DNA of 64,000 bases from Candidatus Thorarchaeota archaeon (GTDB lineage: Archaea > Asgardarchaeota > Thorarchaeia > Thorarchaeales > Thorarchaeaceae). The stretch covers positions 64,001 through 128,000 of the forward strand of contig JAFGAR010000101.1 in NCBI GenBank assembly GCA_016933575.1, read 5' to 3'. Below the pieces are notes generated by a model. It ran no database searches. It saw only the letters and a program-made list of their open reading frames with translations, and had not been told where the DNA came from. The translations under genes and the position numbers were made by a program. Positions within the stretch are counted from its first letter, which is position 1. Each line of letters starts with the position of its first letter. Of the stretch, positions 29,919 through 38,879 are shown one piece after another.

Positions 29919-30506
29919 ATGTCTAAGAGAATCTACACAAGAGCTGGCGATAAAGGAAAAACGGGTATCCTCTCAGGAGAGCGTATAGATAAGGCTGACC
30001 CACGAGTGGAAGCATATGGAACCGTTGATGAGCTGGGTACATTCCTTGGTGTTGCTAAAGTGTATTCATCAAAAAGAATTGCTGAGTACCTACATATCAT
30101 TCAAAAGAAGCTCTTTCTCATCAATTCTGAGCTAGCGACTAATCTTGATTCATTAGAACCTGACAGTCCCCTTAGAAATTTGGAACGAGTTGCTTCTTCT
30201 GATGTTGAATTCCTTGAGAAGCTTGCAGATGAATTATCTGAAGAATTGCCGCTACTCACGAACTTTGTAATTCCAGGTGGGACCATATCCTCTGCATCCC
30301 TCCATGTTTGCAGAACTGTCTGCAGAAGAGCTGAGCGACGCATTATCGACTTTGCCAAATCTTGTCCAGTTAACGAGGAGCTTATACGATACATAAATCG
30401 ACTTTCTGATCTCCTCTTTGTGATGTCGAGATATGAGAATATTGAGGAAGGCGATGGTGATCAAGTTATTTCGAGTGATGGTACAAGAATAATGACTAAA
30501 GACTAG
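29919..30506 (+). CDS. pduO: ATP:cob(I)alamin adenosyltransferase (PduO type)
   Basis: IYTRAGDKG, YGTVDEL, RTVCRRAER and NRLSDLLF. Confidence 0.95.
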   Translation: MSKRIYTRAGDKGKTGILSGERIDKADPRVEAYGTVDELGTFLGVAKVYSSKRIAEYLHIIQKKLFLINSELATNLDSLEPDSPLRNLERVASSDVEFLEKLADELSEELPLLTNFVIPGGTISSASLHVCRTVCRRAERRIIDFAKSCPVNEELIRYINRLSDLLFVMSRYENIEEGDGDQVISSDGTRIMTKD

Positions 30507-30716
30507 ATATCTGATAAATCAGGGATATTGGAGAGGCTTTCTTGTTTCTAGTAATCCAAATGAAGAACCAATCTCTTTGTTTATATGGTGTTCAGAAATG
30601 TGGTCACAATTACCCAGTATTATCATTAATTCTGACCAGTCACATAGAACATGCCTTGAGAGATTAGCTAATAATTGACTCAAGAAACTCAATAATCAAT
30701 ATTGGAAGTTGTCGAT

Positions 30717-33700
30717 ATGCCTGATACAATTGATATAGAAATACGCGATTACGATGAAACTCTCGCTGAAGGTATTGCCCAGATGTGGAATACTTGGGAT
30801 GAACTTTGGCCCACAAGTTTCACTCAAGGAGTGCCTTACACTGCTGAGCGTGTGCGTAAGCAATTTGGAAATCTAAATGCAATTGCTATCTTAATTGCGA
30901 TTGATATGAATGCTAGAAAACCCGTTGGTTCCTGTACACTCTTCGCTCATATTAGGGATAAGGATGCCGCCTATGTTGGGACTTTAGGTGTATCACCAGA
31001 AGCACTTGGTAAAAAAGTGGGTAAGAGGTTACTTCTTGAGTCATTACAACGGGCTTTGCAAAAAGGCTACAATCGAGTCGATCTCAATACATGGGCTGGG
31101 AATATGAAAGCAGTCCCTCTCTACAAGAAGGTAGGGATGATGTGGAATCCTGAAATGGGTGGAGTTCACATGGAAGATTACATTCCTGGTATTTTAAAAC
31201 ACCCTCTCAGTTCGCTTTTCTTTGGTGATTCTACCAATAATGGTGGTTGGTATGATTTTCATACCCGAGAACCCATTCAAGCCCCAGACGAGTATCAGAA
31301 AATGGGGATGGATATCTATCCTTATGAGTTTTCAAACGGTGACAACAAACTATCTGTCACTGTTGATAGACTTGGCAGAGGAATCACTGCAATTAAACGT
31401 GTAATTGATAATGAAGTGCTTCGAGTGGAAGCGAGTGTTTCCTCACATCAGGTTCTCTGCGGGCTTCCGTATATATTCAAGTTAGAGATTGAGAACAGCA
31501 GTCTATCCGAATTACCAGTTTCATTGAATCTGAAGGGCTTCAAAGGTCTGATTTTCGACAAGACTCCCAATCTCAATTTTAGTGTTCAATCCGGTGAAAC
31601 CCTTGTGTGGGATGTTCCATTTCATTTGGATTCATCAGCAACATTGTATAGGGATAACATTCGAACTCCTGTCATCATCACAGAACTGGATATTGAAGGA
31701 TCAAAGTCTGAATTGCACACAGGCCTGAAGATCAAAACCGCAGCAGAGATTAAGACACGTTGGGGTGAATGTAAAATCAGTGCAGGTGGGAAAGCTACAA
31801 TTCCACTCACAATACTCAACAACATTACCAAATCAGTTAGTGCACGCATCAATTTGCGTTCAACATCCCCCGAACTCAGAGTTACTGCAATGGACGAGAA
31901 TGTAACACTTGATTCAGAGGGTTTTGGTGGGACCATTCTTGAAATCACATCATCAGAGAATCTAGAAAACGGAACTCATGATATATGGGTCAGCTTTGAC
32001 ATATCCATTAATTCAGATCATTCATTAACCACTAGAGAATTCAAAATCCCAATCTTCAATGTTGACTCAAGTAGTATTGCTGTAAGTCATGACGAGAGTC
32101 AGAACCGTATCATGATAATCTCGCGAAAGTATAATGCATCCTTCTCGCTTGAAGGTGGTATTTTGAGAGCGCAAGCCCTCTCAGAGGGAGATTCTTTGCC
32201 TTTTATTCTTCAATCAGAAATAGGGCCCCCGTTTGGCATCAATCCCTTTAGATTTGCTGAAAGAACTCCCTCCATCTCGAAAGATGAGGGCGCGACGGTG
32301 GTTTCCATGAAAGCAAAACATCCTGATAGACCTCTGTTGATTGAAGATCGTGCTATCTTTGAAAATGGAAGTGGAATAATTCAACATGAACTCTGGGTAA
32401 CGAACACTGCTGATGAAACTCAGTCCATGCAATTACGGCTTTTAGGTAGAGGCGGTGGAATCTCATTCTCACGGGGTGTATCATATATTCCATTTTCCTC
32501 TGGAATAGCTCGTGTAGATAACGGTAATTTCCACTCAATATACCCTGCAACATCTAGCAATCCTTCTGATTATAGTGAGGGCTGGATTGCAGTTGAACAA
32601 GATGCTGTGATATCTGGGCAAGTCTGGGATTCGGAGTGTATCGAAGAAATCCGATTTGGACTTGGTCAACTCAATATGCTAGCTTATCCCTTTGTTTCCC
32701 TTGAACCTGGTGAAACCCGAAGACTATCCCAGACATGGTTCATTTTTGGAGTTTCACACTGGAGTAGCATTCGTCGTTTCTGGCAAGCCGAGGTTGAGCG
32801 CAGGCATGAAGATACTGTATCAGTTCTTGAAAAACCTGATGCACATAATCTAACACAAATCGATATGAAATCGTTAGTGTTATCAAAAGTCAATCCAATT
32901 GAAACTCAATTAGGAATAAGGAAGAACACGCAAGCACCTCTTGGTGGTAGATTGACCATAAGATCCCCACAGGATTGGGCTGTCAAATTCACATCCAGCA
33001 ATATTGAAATTAGCGATAAATCTGAAGGTTCAATTGCATCCTGCAATTTGCTAATGGCTCAAGATGTCAATCTAGGTCTTCATTTTGACCCAACCAAGAC
33101 AATATCTGATGGTTTTTCGATTCATAAGGGTCTGGTGACATTTGCAACCGGTTGGGAAATCAGAAAACCCTTCTATTTGGTTAAATTGGGTGCATCCGAA
33201 GGCACTGTGAATGTTGCAAAAACACACGATCAGAACTCCGAGGTGTATCGAGTTACTAATGATCTAATTGAATATGCAGTTTCGCCAGATTATGGAGGAT
33301 GCTTAATATCATTAAGAAACAAAAATGATGTTGAATTCTTGACGAGTGCATTTCCCAAAGCAACTCCGAAACCTGGCGGATTTTTTGACAACTACTACGG
33401 TGGCATCCAACCAATTGTTTTCGATGACGATTTGGGGGAGGATCTAAGTAAAGCTAAGACCAATCGAGAGTCAATGACTGCATCCATTTACGAGAGTGGA
33501 CTCTGGAAAGGTGTTGAGATATTTTGGACTGGGAAAATTCAGAGAGCGACACGAGGTGTTCAGTTCAAATTAAGATACCTTACTACTCCAAAGAGCCCTC
33601 TTGTCTTAATTCAATGGATCATATCAAACACAACGAATGCTCCAATAAAATTCTGGCCAACTATCATGATAGATCCTAAGATGGATGAACATCTCTCTGA

Positions 33701-34028
33701 AAGTACAATTGTGATTGAATTGAATGGCAATCCAAACGAGCTCAGAAATGGCTTGATACCTGTCGCTGCTTCTCCTTCAAGAAATGTAGTATGGATAAAA
33801 TCAAGGGAGGATATAAAGGACACAACTGGTCTTTGTTTCATGCTAGCTGGTGACACCGCGAGAATAATCTCTGCAAGTGTCGGTGACATACTCCTCCTAG
33901 GTGCAGTAGATGGATTTGCTTGGATTAAACCCAATGAAGAATATGTCATCACAGGTGCTCTTCGAGTAGATCCCATATCCAACGAAGAGAACATTGATTT
34001 GCAGCAGATACTTGATCAACTCATATGA
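30717..34028 (+). CDS. large protein with N-terminal GNAT domain and long beta-rich C-terminal region
   Basis: LGVSPEALGKKVGKRLL and TWAGNMKAVPLYKKVG. The remaining about 930 aa are not recognised. Confidence 0.82.
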   Translation: MPDTIDIEIRDYDETLAEGIAQMWNTWDELWPTSFTQGVPYTAERVRKQFGNLNAIAILIAIDMNARKPVGSCTLFAHIRDKDAAYVGTLGVSPEALGKKVGKRLLLESLQRALQKGYNRVDLNTWAGNMKAVPLYKKVGMMWNPEMGGVHMEDYIPGILKHPLSSLFFGDSTNNGGWYDFHTREPIQAPDEYQKMGMDIYPYEFSNGDNKLSVTVDRLGRGITAIKRVIDNEVLRVEASVSSHQVLCGLPYIFKLEIENSSLSELPVSLNLKGFKGLIFDKTPNLNFSVQSGETLVWDVPFHLDSSATLYRDNIRTPVIITELDIEGSKSELHTGLKIKTAAEIKTRWGECKISAGGKATIPLTILNNITKSVSARINLRSTSPELRVTAMDENVTLDSEGFGGTILEITSSENLENGTHDIWVSFDISINSDHSLTTREFKIPIFNVDSSSIAVSHDESQNRIMIISRKYNASFSLEGGILRAQALSEGDSLPFILQSEIGPPFGINPFRFAERTPSISKDEGATVVSMKAKHPDRPLLIEDRAIFENGSGIIQHELWVTNTADETQSMQLRLLGRGGGISFSRGVSYIPFSSGIARVDNGNFHSIYPATSSNPSDYSEGWIAVEQDAVISGQVWDSECIEEIRFGLGQLNMLAYPFVSLEPGETRRLSQTWFIFGVSHWSSIRRFWQAEVERRHEDTVSVLEKPDAHNLTQIDMKSLVLSKVNPIETQLGIRKNTQAPLGGRLTIRSPQDWAVKFTSSNIEISDKSEGSIASCNLLMAQDVNLGLHFDPTKTISDGFSIHKGLVTFATGWEIRKPFYLVKLGASEGTVNVAKTHDQNSEVYRVTNDLIEYAVSPDYGGCLISLRNKNDVEFLTSAFPKATPKPGGFFDNYYGGIQPIVFDDDLGEDLSKAKTNRESMTASIYESGLWKGVEIFWTGKIQRATRGVQFKLRYLTTPKSPLVLIQWIISNTTNAPIKFWPTIMIDPKMDEHLSESTIVIELNGNPNELRNGLIPVAASPSRNVVWIKSREDIKDTTGLCFMLAGDTARIISASVGDILLLGAVDGFAWIKPNEEYVITGALRVDPISNEENIDLQQILDQLI

Positions 34029-34043
34029 ATTTCCTTGATCGCT

Positions 34044-34088
34044 GTTGATGAGGAATATCAATCTCAATTGGTGAACATCCTCATCAAC
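34044..34088 (+). terminator. stem-loop after the large GNAT gene
   Basis: GTTGATGAGGA / TCCTCATCAAC 11-bp inverted repeat, plus inner ATCAAT/ATTGGT pairing. Confidence 0.5.
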
Positions 34089-34153
34089 TACTTCTAGGAA
34101 AGAATAGGTGTATGTTTAATTGCCTTCAATCTAAGATAACATAGGTCTGGTAG

Positions 34154-35806
34154 ATGAGCGTTTCGAAGGTTTCTATTTTATCAATAGTAGTGTGTTTTAT
34201 TGTGATTCTACCAACTGGAAATGCAGTTGGTGGTGGTATTTCTGGAAACATAGATGGACATCATCCTCGGCATCTGATGATTCATTCTGACTCATATATC
34301 CCTCATTCTCCTATAGAAATCACAAGTAATGATGACTTCGTGACTCAGGGCTGGCCTGGGAATGGCACTGAGGTCAATCCCTATGTAATCGAGGGACTAG
34401 ATATCACTAATGTATCAACATGTATCAGCATCAGTGATACAGATGTATACTTCGAGATTCGAGAGTGTTTCATCTCAGCTCCTGCACAATCGAGCTATTT
34501 TGGGATATCTCTAACTAGGGTTCTTCATGGGACTATAAAGGACTGCATTAGCAATTTGCATTCTAATGGGATTTATCTCCATGAATCAGACTTATGTTCT
34601 CTAACAAATAATACTGTGGCAGATAACCAATTCGGATTTTATCTGGATTCATCATCATTGTGTGTTCTAATTAATAATACAGCTAACAGTAGTAGTCATT
34701 ATGGTTTCTATCTTAGGCAGAGTTCCTTCTGTGTTTTGACGAACAATACAGCTACAGGGAATAATGAGATTGGATTCTGGATTTATCTTTCGCCCTCTTG
34801 TAATCTGACTGGTTGTTCAGCTATGGATAATGAATGGCACGGTTTCTTTGTCTCGTACTCAACTTCGTGTATTCTCATGAACAACACTGCAATGAGGAAT
34901 AGTGATTTTGGATTCTTTCTTTCTTACTCATCCTCGTGTGATTTGATTAATAATACAGCTGTGAATAATTATCAACATGGATTCATTCTGTACTACTCTG
35001 ATTCTTGTACTATTACTCAGAGCTCCATAATAGACAATGGTTGGTATGGGATCTGTCTATCAGAATCGTCTTCTTGTATGCTTACTAATAATACTCTCAA
35101 AAATTGTGGATTGGTAATTTCAGGTACCTCTCGTTCCAATTGGCTTCATGTGATATCAAATACTACTGTAAATGATTTACCAATTGGATATATTCGATCT
35201 GTCTGGGATACTAATATTGACGGTAGGCAGTACAGTCAGGTGATACTTACGAATTGCACTGGTGTAACTGTCGAAAATGGAATATTCAAGGATGTGTCAA
35301 TAGGTATTCAGCTTGGATTCTGCATAGGCTGTAGCTTGACGAATAACACGGCTAGTTACAATATAATTGGATTCAGTCTCTTATTCTCTTCTGGATGTAC
35401 CCTGATGAATAACACTTCCTCAGAAAATATGTATGGTATCTATCTAAGTAGTGGATGTTCAGGAAATCTGATCTTCTTTAATCGCTTCTTTTTAAATATA
35501 GAATTGAATGCGTATGATAATTCTGGACCGAATAACTGGGACAATGGAATTCATGGTAATTTCTGGGATGACTTTAATGGCACTGGCATGTACAGTATCG
35601 CTGGAGCAGCTGAGAGCTTCGATAGACATCCCTATATCTATGGCCAACCACTCCCAACTAATACAACCACAACTACGCTGAATGATGGATTTGAGGTATT
35701 GTTACAATCGATTGTCCTTGGATTATCACTTCTTTCAATAGTAGCGATTGTAGTTGTAGTCGTTCTGAAAATTAGGCCAAGAGTAGCAAACAATATAGCA
35801 GAATAG
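34154..35806 (+). CDS. secreted right-handed parallel beta-helix (NosD/CASH-like) surface protein with C-terminal TM anchor
   Basis: Signal peptide, GWPGNGT..NPYVIE, many C-x-L-x-NN-T-A repeats, WDNG..GNFW, Thr-rich linker and TM. Confidence 0.85.
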   Translation: MSVSKVSILSIVVCFIVILPTGNAVGGGISGNIDGHHPRHLMIHSDSYIPHSPIEITSNDDFVTQGWPGNGTEVNPYVIEGLDITNVSTCISISDTDVYFEIRECFISAPAQSSYFGISLTRVLHGTIKDCISNLHSNGIYLHESDLCSLTNNTVADNQFGFYLDSSSLCVLINNTANSSSHYGFYLRQSSFCVLTNNTATGNNEIGFWIYLSPSCNLTGCSAMDNEWHGFFVSYSTSCILMNNTAMRNSDFGFFLSYSSSCDLINNTAVNNYQHGFILYYSDSCTITQSSIIDNGWYGICLSESSSCMLTNNTLKNCGLVISGTSRSNWLHVISNTTVNDLPIGYIRSVWDTNIDGRQYSQVILTNCTGVTVENGIFKDVSIGIQLGFCIGCSLTNNTASYNIIGFSLLFSSGCTLMNNTSSENMYGIYLSSGCSGNLIFFNRFFLNIELNAYDNSGPNNWDNGIHGNFWDDFNGTGMYSIAGAAESFDRHPYIYGQPLPTNTTTTTLNDGFEVLLQSIVLGLSLLSIVAIVVVVVLKIRPRVANNIAE

Positions 35807-35880
35807 CGATTCTCTCTGTTCCCGAAGAAAGGGCAACTTCAAGAGGTAGTTTGTCGCTCACTCTTTAGAGTCTGGTCGAG

Positions 35881-36237
35881 ATGCTTGCAGAGCCAAAAGA
35901 TTTCATTGGCAATATTTTAGCAAAACTCATTAACCGATTTTTAGAGGATTCCAGTCAATACGAGAAAGTGAAGAAATGGAACATGACTGTTGTTGTTGAG
36001 ACCGACTACTATCCTGTTACACTAATCTTTGGCGACTCCATCTCCATCCAGAGAGGGATTATTGAAAATCCTACACTTGTGTTCGTGATGAATTTCAAGA
36101 AAATAATCTCACTAGCAAAGAAAGAGACCTCGATACTGGGTTCTCTGATTCATGGCTCAATCAAGACAAAAGGCATCCTTAAACATCCGAGAGCCGCTTT
36201 CCGTTTCTACAGATTAATGGATTCAATTCTGAAGTGA
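35881..36237 (+). CDS. SCP2 sterol-carrier-like lipid-binding protein
   Basis: PTLVFVM...LIHGSIKTKG matches the SCP2 C-terminal pattern. 118 aa. Confidence 0.65.
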   Translation: MLAEPKDFIGNILAKLINRFLEDSSQYEKVKKWNMTVVVETDYYPVTLIFGDSISIQRGIIENPTLVFVMNFKKIISLAKKETSILGSLIHGSIKTKGILKHPRAAFRFYRLMDSILK

Positions 36238-36243
36238 TTCATA

Positions 36244-37668
36244 ATGAGCTTGAAATCTAGAATCGAGAAGATTGTCGGAAACAAGTATGTATCCGATGGA
36301 GCTGGAGAGCGTTATATCTATTCATTTGACATGACTGAAAATCCCCCTCAAAAACCCATTATGGTCGTTATGCCATCCAACGTTGAAGAAATTCAAAGCA
36401 TCATCCAACTGGCTAATGAAACACTCACTCCAATAATCCCTTTCGTGACAGGTCAGAGTGTGGGCGGTCTGACAATCCCTCAGGTCGATGGAGCAGTTAT
36501 TGTTGATCTCAAACGAATGAACAAGATCATTGAGGTTGATGAAGAATCAATGTATATGCTCATTGAACCCGGCGTTACTTTTGGACATGTCAAGCAATAT
36601 CTAGAAACACATCATCCTTCTCTTCGATATACCTATCCCCTAGCTCCTCCCTATACATCGGTGATGGCAAATGCCCTACTTCAGGGTCTCTGTGATCTAT
36701 CAACAACTCACGGTTCTATGTCGGATTTCATCAATGGTCTTGAGGCAGTACTACCCACAGGGGAACTGGTACGAGTTGGTTCAGGAATAATGGGTGATGG
36801 AAATTGGTTCGGCCGCTATCCTCTCCCGGATCTCGTCGGTCTTTTTTCTGGATGGCAGGGTATGACAGGAATTGTGACCAAGATATCTCTAAAGATTTGG
36901 CCAAAGAAAAAGGTCATGGGTCATGCAGCACTCTTCACATTCGGGGAACAAAGCACAATTGATCTTTTAAAATCCATAACAAAATCTGGAGTTGTTGAAG
37001 ATATCGATTGTATGTCGCTCTCCTTGGTCAAAATGTTGATGGGTATCCCTCCTTTAGTAAAGCCCTTCAAGGGAGAACCGGATTATGGTACTGTGATCGT
37101 ACTCTCTGCAAATAGCCAAAAGGAACTCGCTGAGAAATATGAACAGCTGAGCAATAACGTTCATCTGTCAAATGAGACTGAGCCTAGAAACTTACTGATA
37201 GATTGGAAGACGATTTCGAAACTCATGGGTGAGCAAGCCAACGAGTGGATTGACTTCCCATCTGATGCTTTCAAGGTTCTAACAGAACATGATGGACTGA
37301 CTTGGGTTGGTACCTATATCCATCCAAAATATTGGGCGACTGCTCTTGAGGGAGGTCGGAAGATAGTAGAGAAGTATGACTTCGAACTCATGGCATTCCT
37401 AAAACCAATGAATATGCTTCATTTTGCTGAGTTCAAGTTCATCATTAGATTTCCAAAGGATGTTCAGACTGTTGAAAGAGTTCGCCAGTGCAATGAGGAG
37501 TTGCTAGATTTTGCATTGAGTCTGAAAGCAATCCCTTACAAGACTCCAGTCTGGTCTGCTAGGAAATTGAAGAAGTTGGCAGATCCCTCCTTTTTCGAAT
37601 TAATCAAACGTATCAAGAAGCTATTGGATCCCAACAATATTATGAATCCTGGGAGACTTGACGTATGA
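36244..37668 (+). CDS. FAD-binding oxidoreductase (VAO/PCMH/GlcD superfamily)
   Basis: VVMPSNVEEI, VDLKRMNKI, IEPGVT, LEAVLPTGE, GIVTK and LDPNNIMNPG. Confidence 0.9.
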   Translation: MSLKSRIEKIVGNKYVSDGAGERYIYSFDMTENPPQKPIMVVMPSNVEEIQSIIQLANETLTPIIPFVTGQSVGGLTIPQVDGAVIVDLKRMNKIIEVDEESMYMLIEPGVTFGHVKQYLETHHPSLRYTYPLAPPYTSVMANALLQGLCDLSTTHGSMSDFINGLEAVLPTGELVRVGSGIMGDGNWFGRYPLPDLVGLFSGWQGMTGIVTKISLKIWPKKKVMGHAALFTFGEQSTIDLLKSITKSGVVEDIDCMSLSLVKMLMGIPPLVKPFKGEPDYGTVIVLSANSQKELAEKYEQLSNNVHLSNETEPRNLLIDWKTISKLMGEQANEWIDFPSDAFKVLTEHDGLTWVGTYIHPKYWATALEGGRKIVEKYDFELMAFLKPMNMLHFAEFKFIIRFPKDVQTVERVRQCNEELLDFALSLKAIPYKTPVWSARKLKKLADPSFFELIKRIKKLLDPNNIMNPGRLDV

Positions 37669-38804
37669 TGAATAACTCAACTTCTATTCAGGATTGGTTG
37701 TACAATTGTATCCGATGTGGGAACTGCAAATACATTTTCAAAGATTATAGTCCTTCATGCCCTTCTGGAGAGTATTTTCATTTTGAGTCCTTCTTCGCTT
37801 CTGGAAGACTTTGGCTAGCGCATGGCATTCAGAAGGGGGAACTCGATTGGGATTCATCACTTCTCGATCCCATCTTTGCATGCACGACTTGCTCGAGCTG
37901 TGAAATTCAATGCCTAGCACCCCATCATGAATACATTGTAGATGTCATTGAAGAACTTCGTGCACTAGCTGTTGAAGCACTAGGTCCTTTAGAGGCTCAT
38001 GAAAAATTTGCAAAGAGGATTCAGGCTAGTCACAATCCCTATGGACACGAGCATCATAACCGTGCGCTGCTGGAGATTCATAATTTGCCAGAGAAAGCAC
38101 CAATTGTATACTTTGTTGGATGCACAGCGAATTATCGTGAAGAGGTGATACGCGATGCAACAATCTCCATTTTGAAGAAAACTGGAATAGATTTTACCAT
38201 TGTCGATGAATATTGTTGCGGGTCTCCCCTGATTCGAACCGGACAAATTGAACAGGTGAATGATCTTGCTGAACACAATTACTCGGTCTTTGAACAGGCT
38301 GGAGCCAAACGAATCTTGACCTCTTGTTCTGGATGTTATAGAACTCTGTTGAAAGACTATCAAAAAATCGGTCTACGCCCAGATTTCGAAATTCTTCACA
38401 TCTCTCAATTTGTTCGTGAACTACTCGATTCAGGGAAACTATCCCTAAAGATATCAAATACGGAGCTCGAGGTAACCTATCACGACCCATGTCATCTTGG
38501 TAGGCATATGAATGAATATGATGCTCCACGTGAGGTACTAGCAAACCTACCAATCACATTCAGAGAAATGGAATTTACTAGGGAAAATGCTTGGTGTTGT
38601 GGGTCAGGTGGAGGATGCAAATCACAATATCCTGAGTGGAGTCTTGAAACAGCGAGAAAGAGAATCACACAGGCAAAATCCACAAAGGTATCAACTCTGG
38701 TTTCAGCATGCCCTTTCTGTAAGAGGGCTTTTATGGATGCTAATGATGGTAGTCTTGATATAATTGATCTGAGTGAGATTGTAGATAGATTTACAGAAAC
38801 TTGA
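37665..38804 (+). CDS. (Fe-S)-binding CCG-domain protein (GlcF/HdrD-like)
   Basis: CIRCGNC, CTTCSSCEIQC, two CCG motifs, HDPCHLGR and ACPFC. Start overlaps the upstream stop (ATGA). Confidence 0.92.
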   Translation: MMNNSTSIQDWLYNCIRCGNCKYIFKDYSPSCPSGEYFHFESFFASGRLWLAHGIQKGELDWDSSLLDPIFACTTCSSCEIQCLAPHHEYIVDVIEELRALAVEALGPLEAHEKFAKRIQASHNPYGHEHHNRALLEIHNLPEKAPIVYFVGCTANYREEVIRDATISILKKTGIDFTIVDEYCCGSPLIRTGQIEQVNDLAEHNYSVFEQAGAKRILTSCSGCYRTLLKDYQKIGLRPDFEILHISQFVRELLDSGKLSLKISNTELEVTYHDPCHLGRHMNEYDAPREVLANLPITFREMEFTRENAWCCGSGGGCKSQYPEWSLETARKRITQAKSTKVSTLVSACPFCKRAFMDANDGSLDIIDLSEIVDRFTET

Positions 38805-38879
38805 ATACTATCTCTCCATAACTGAGATGTAAGACCTTTTATGGTACTTTATCGCAAGGGAGCTGGTGGTTGGTGTTTT

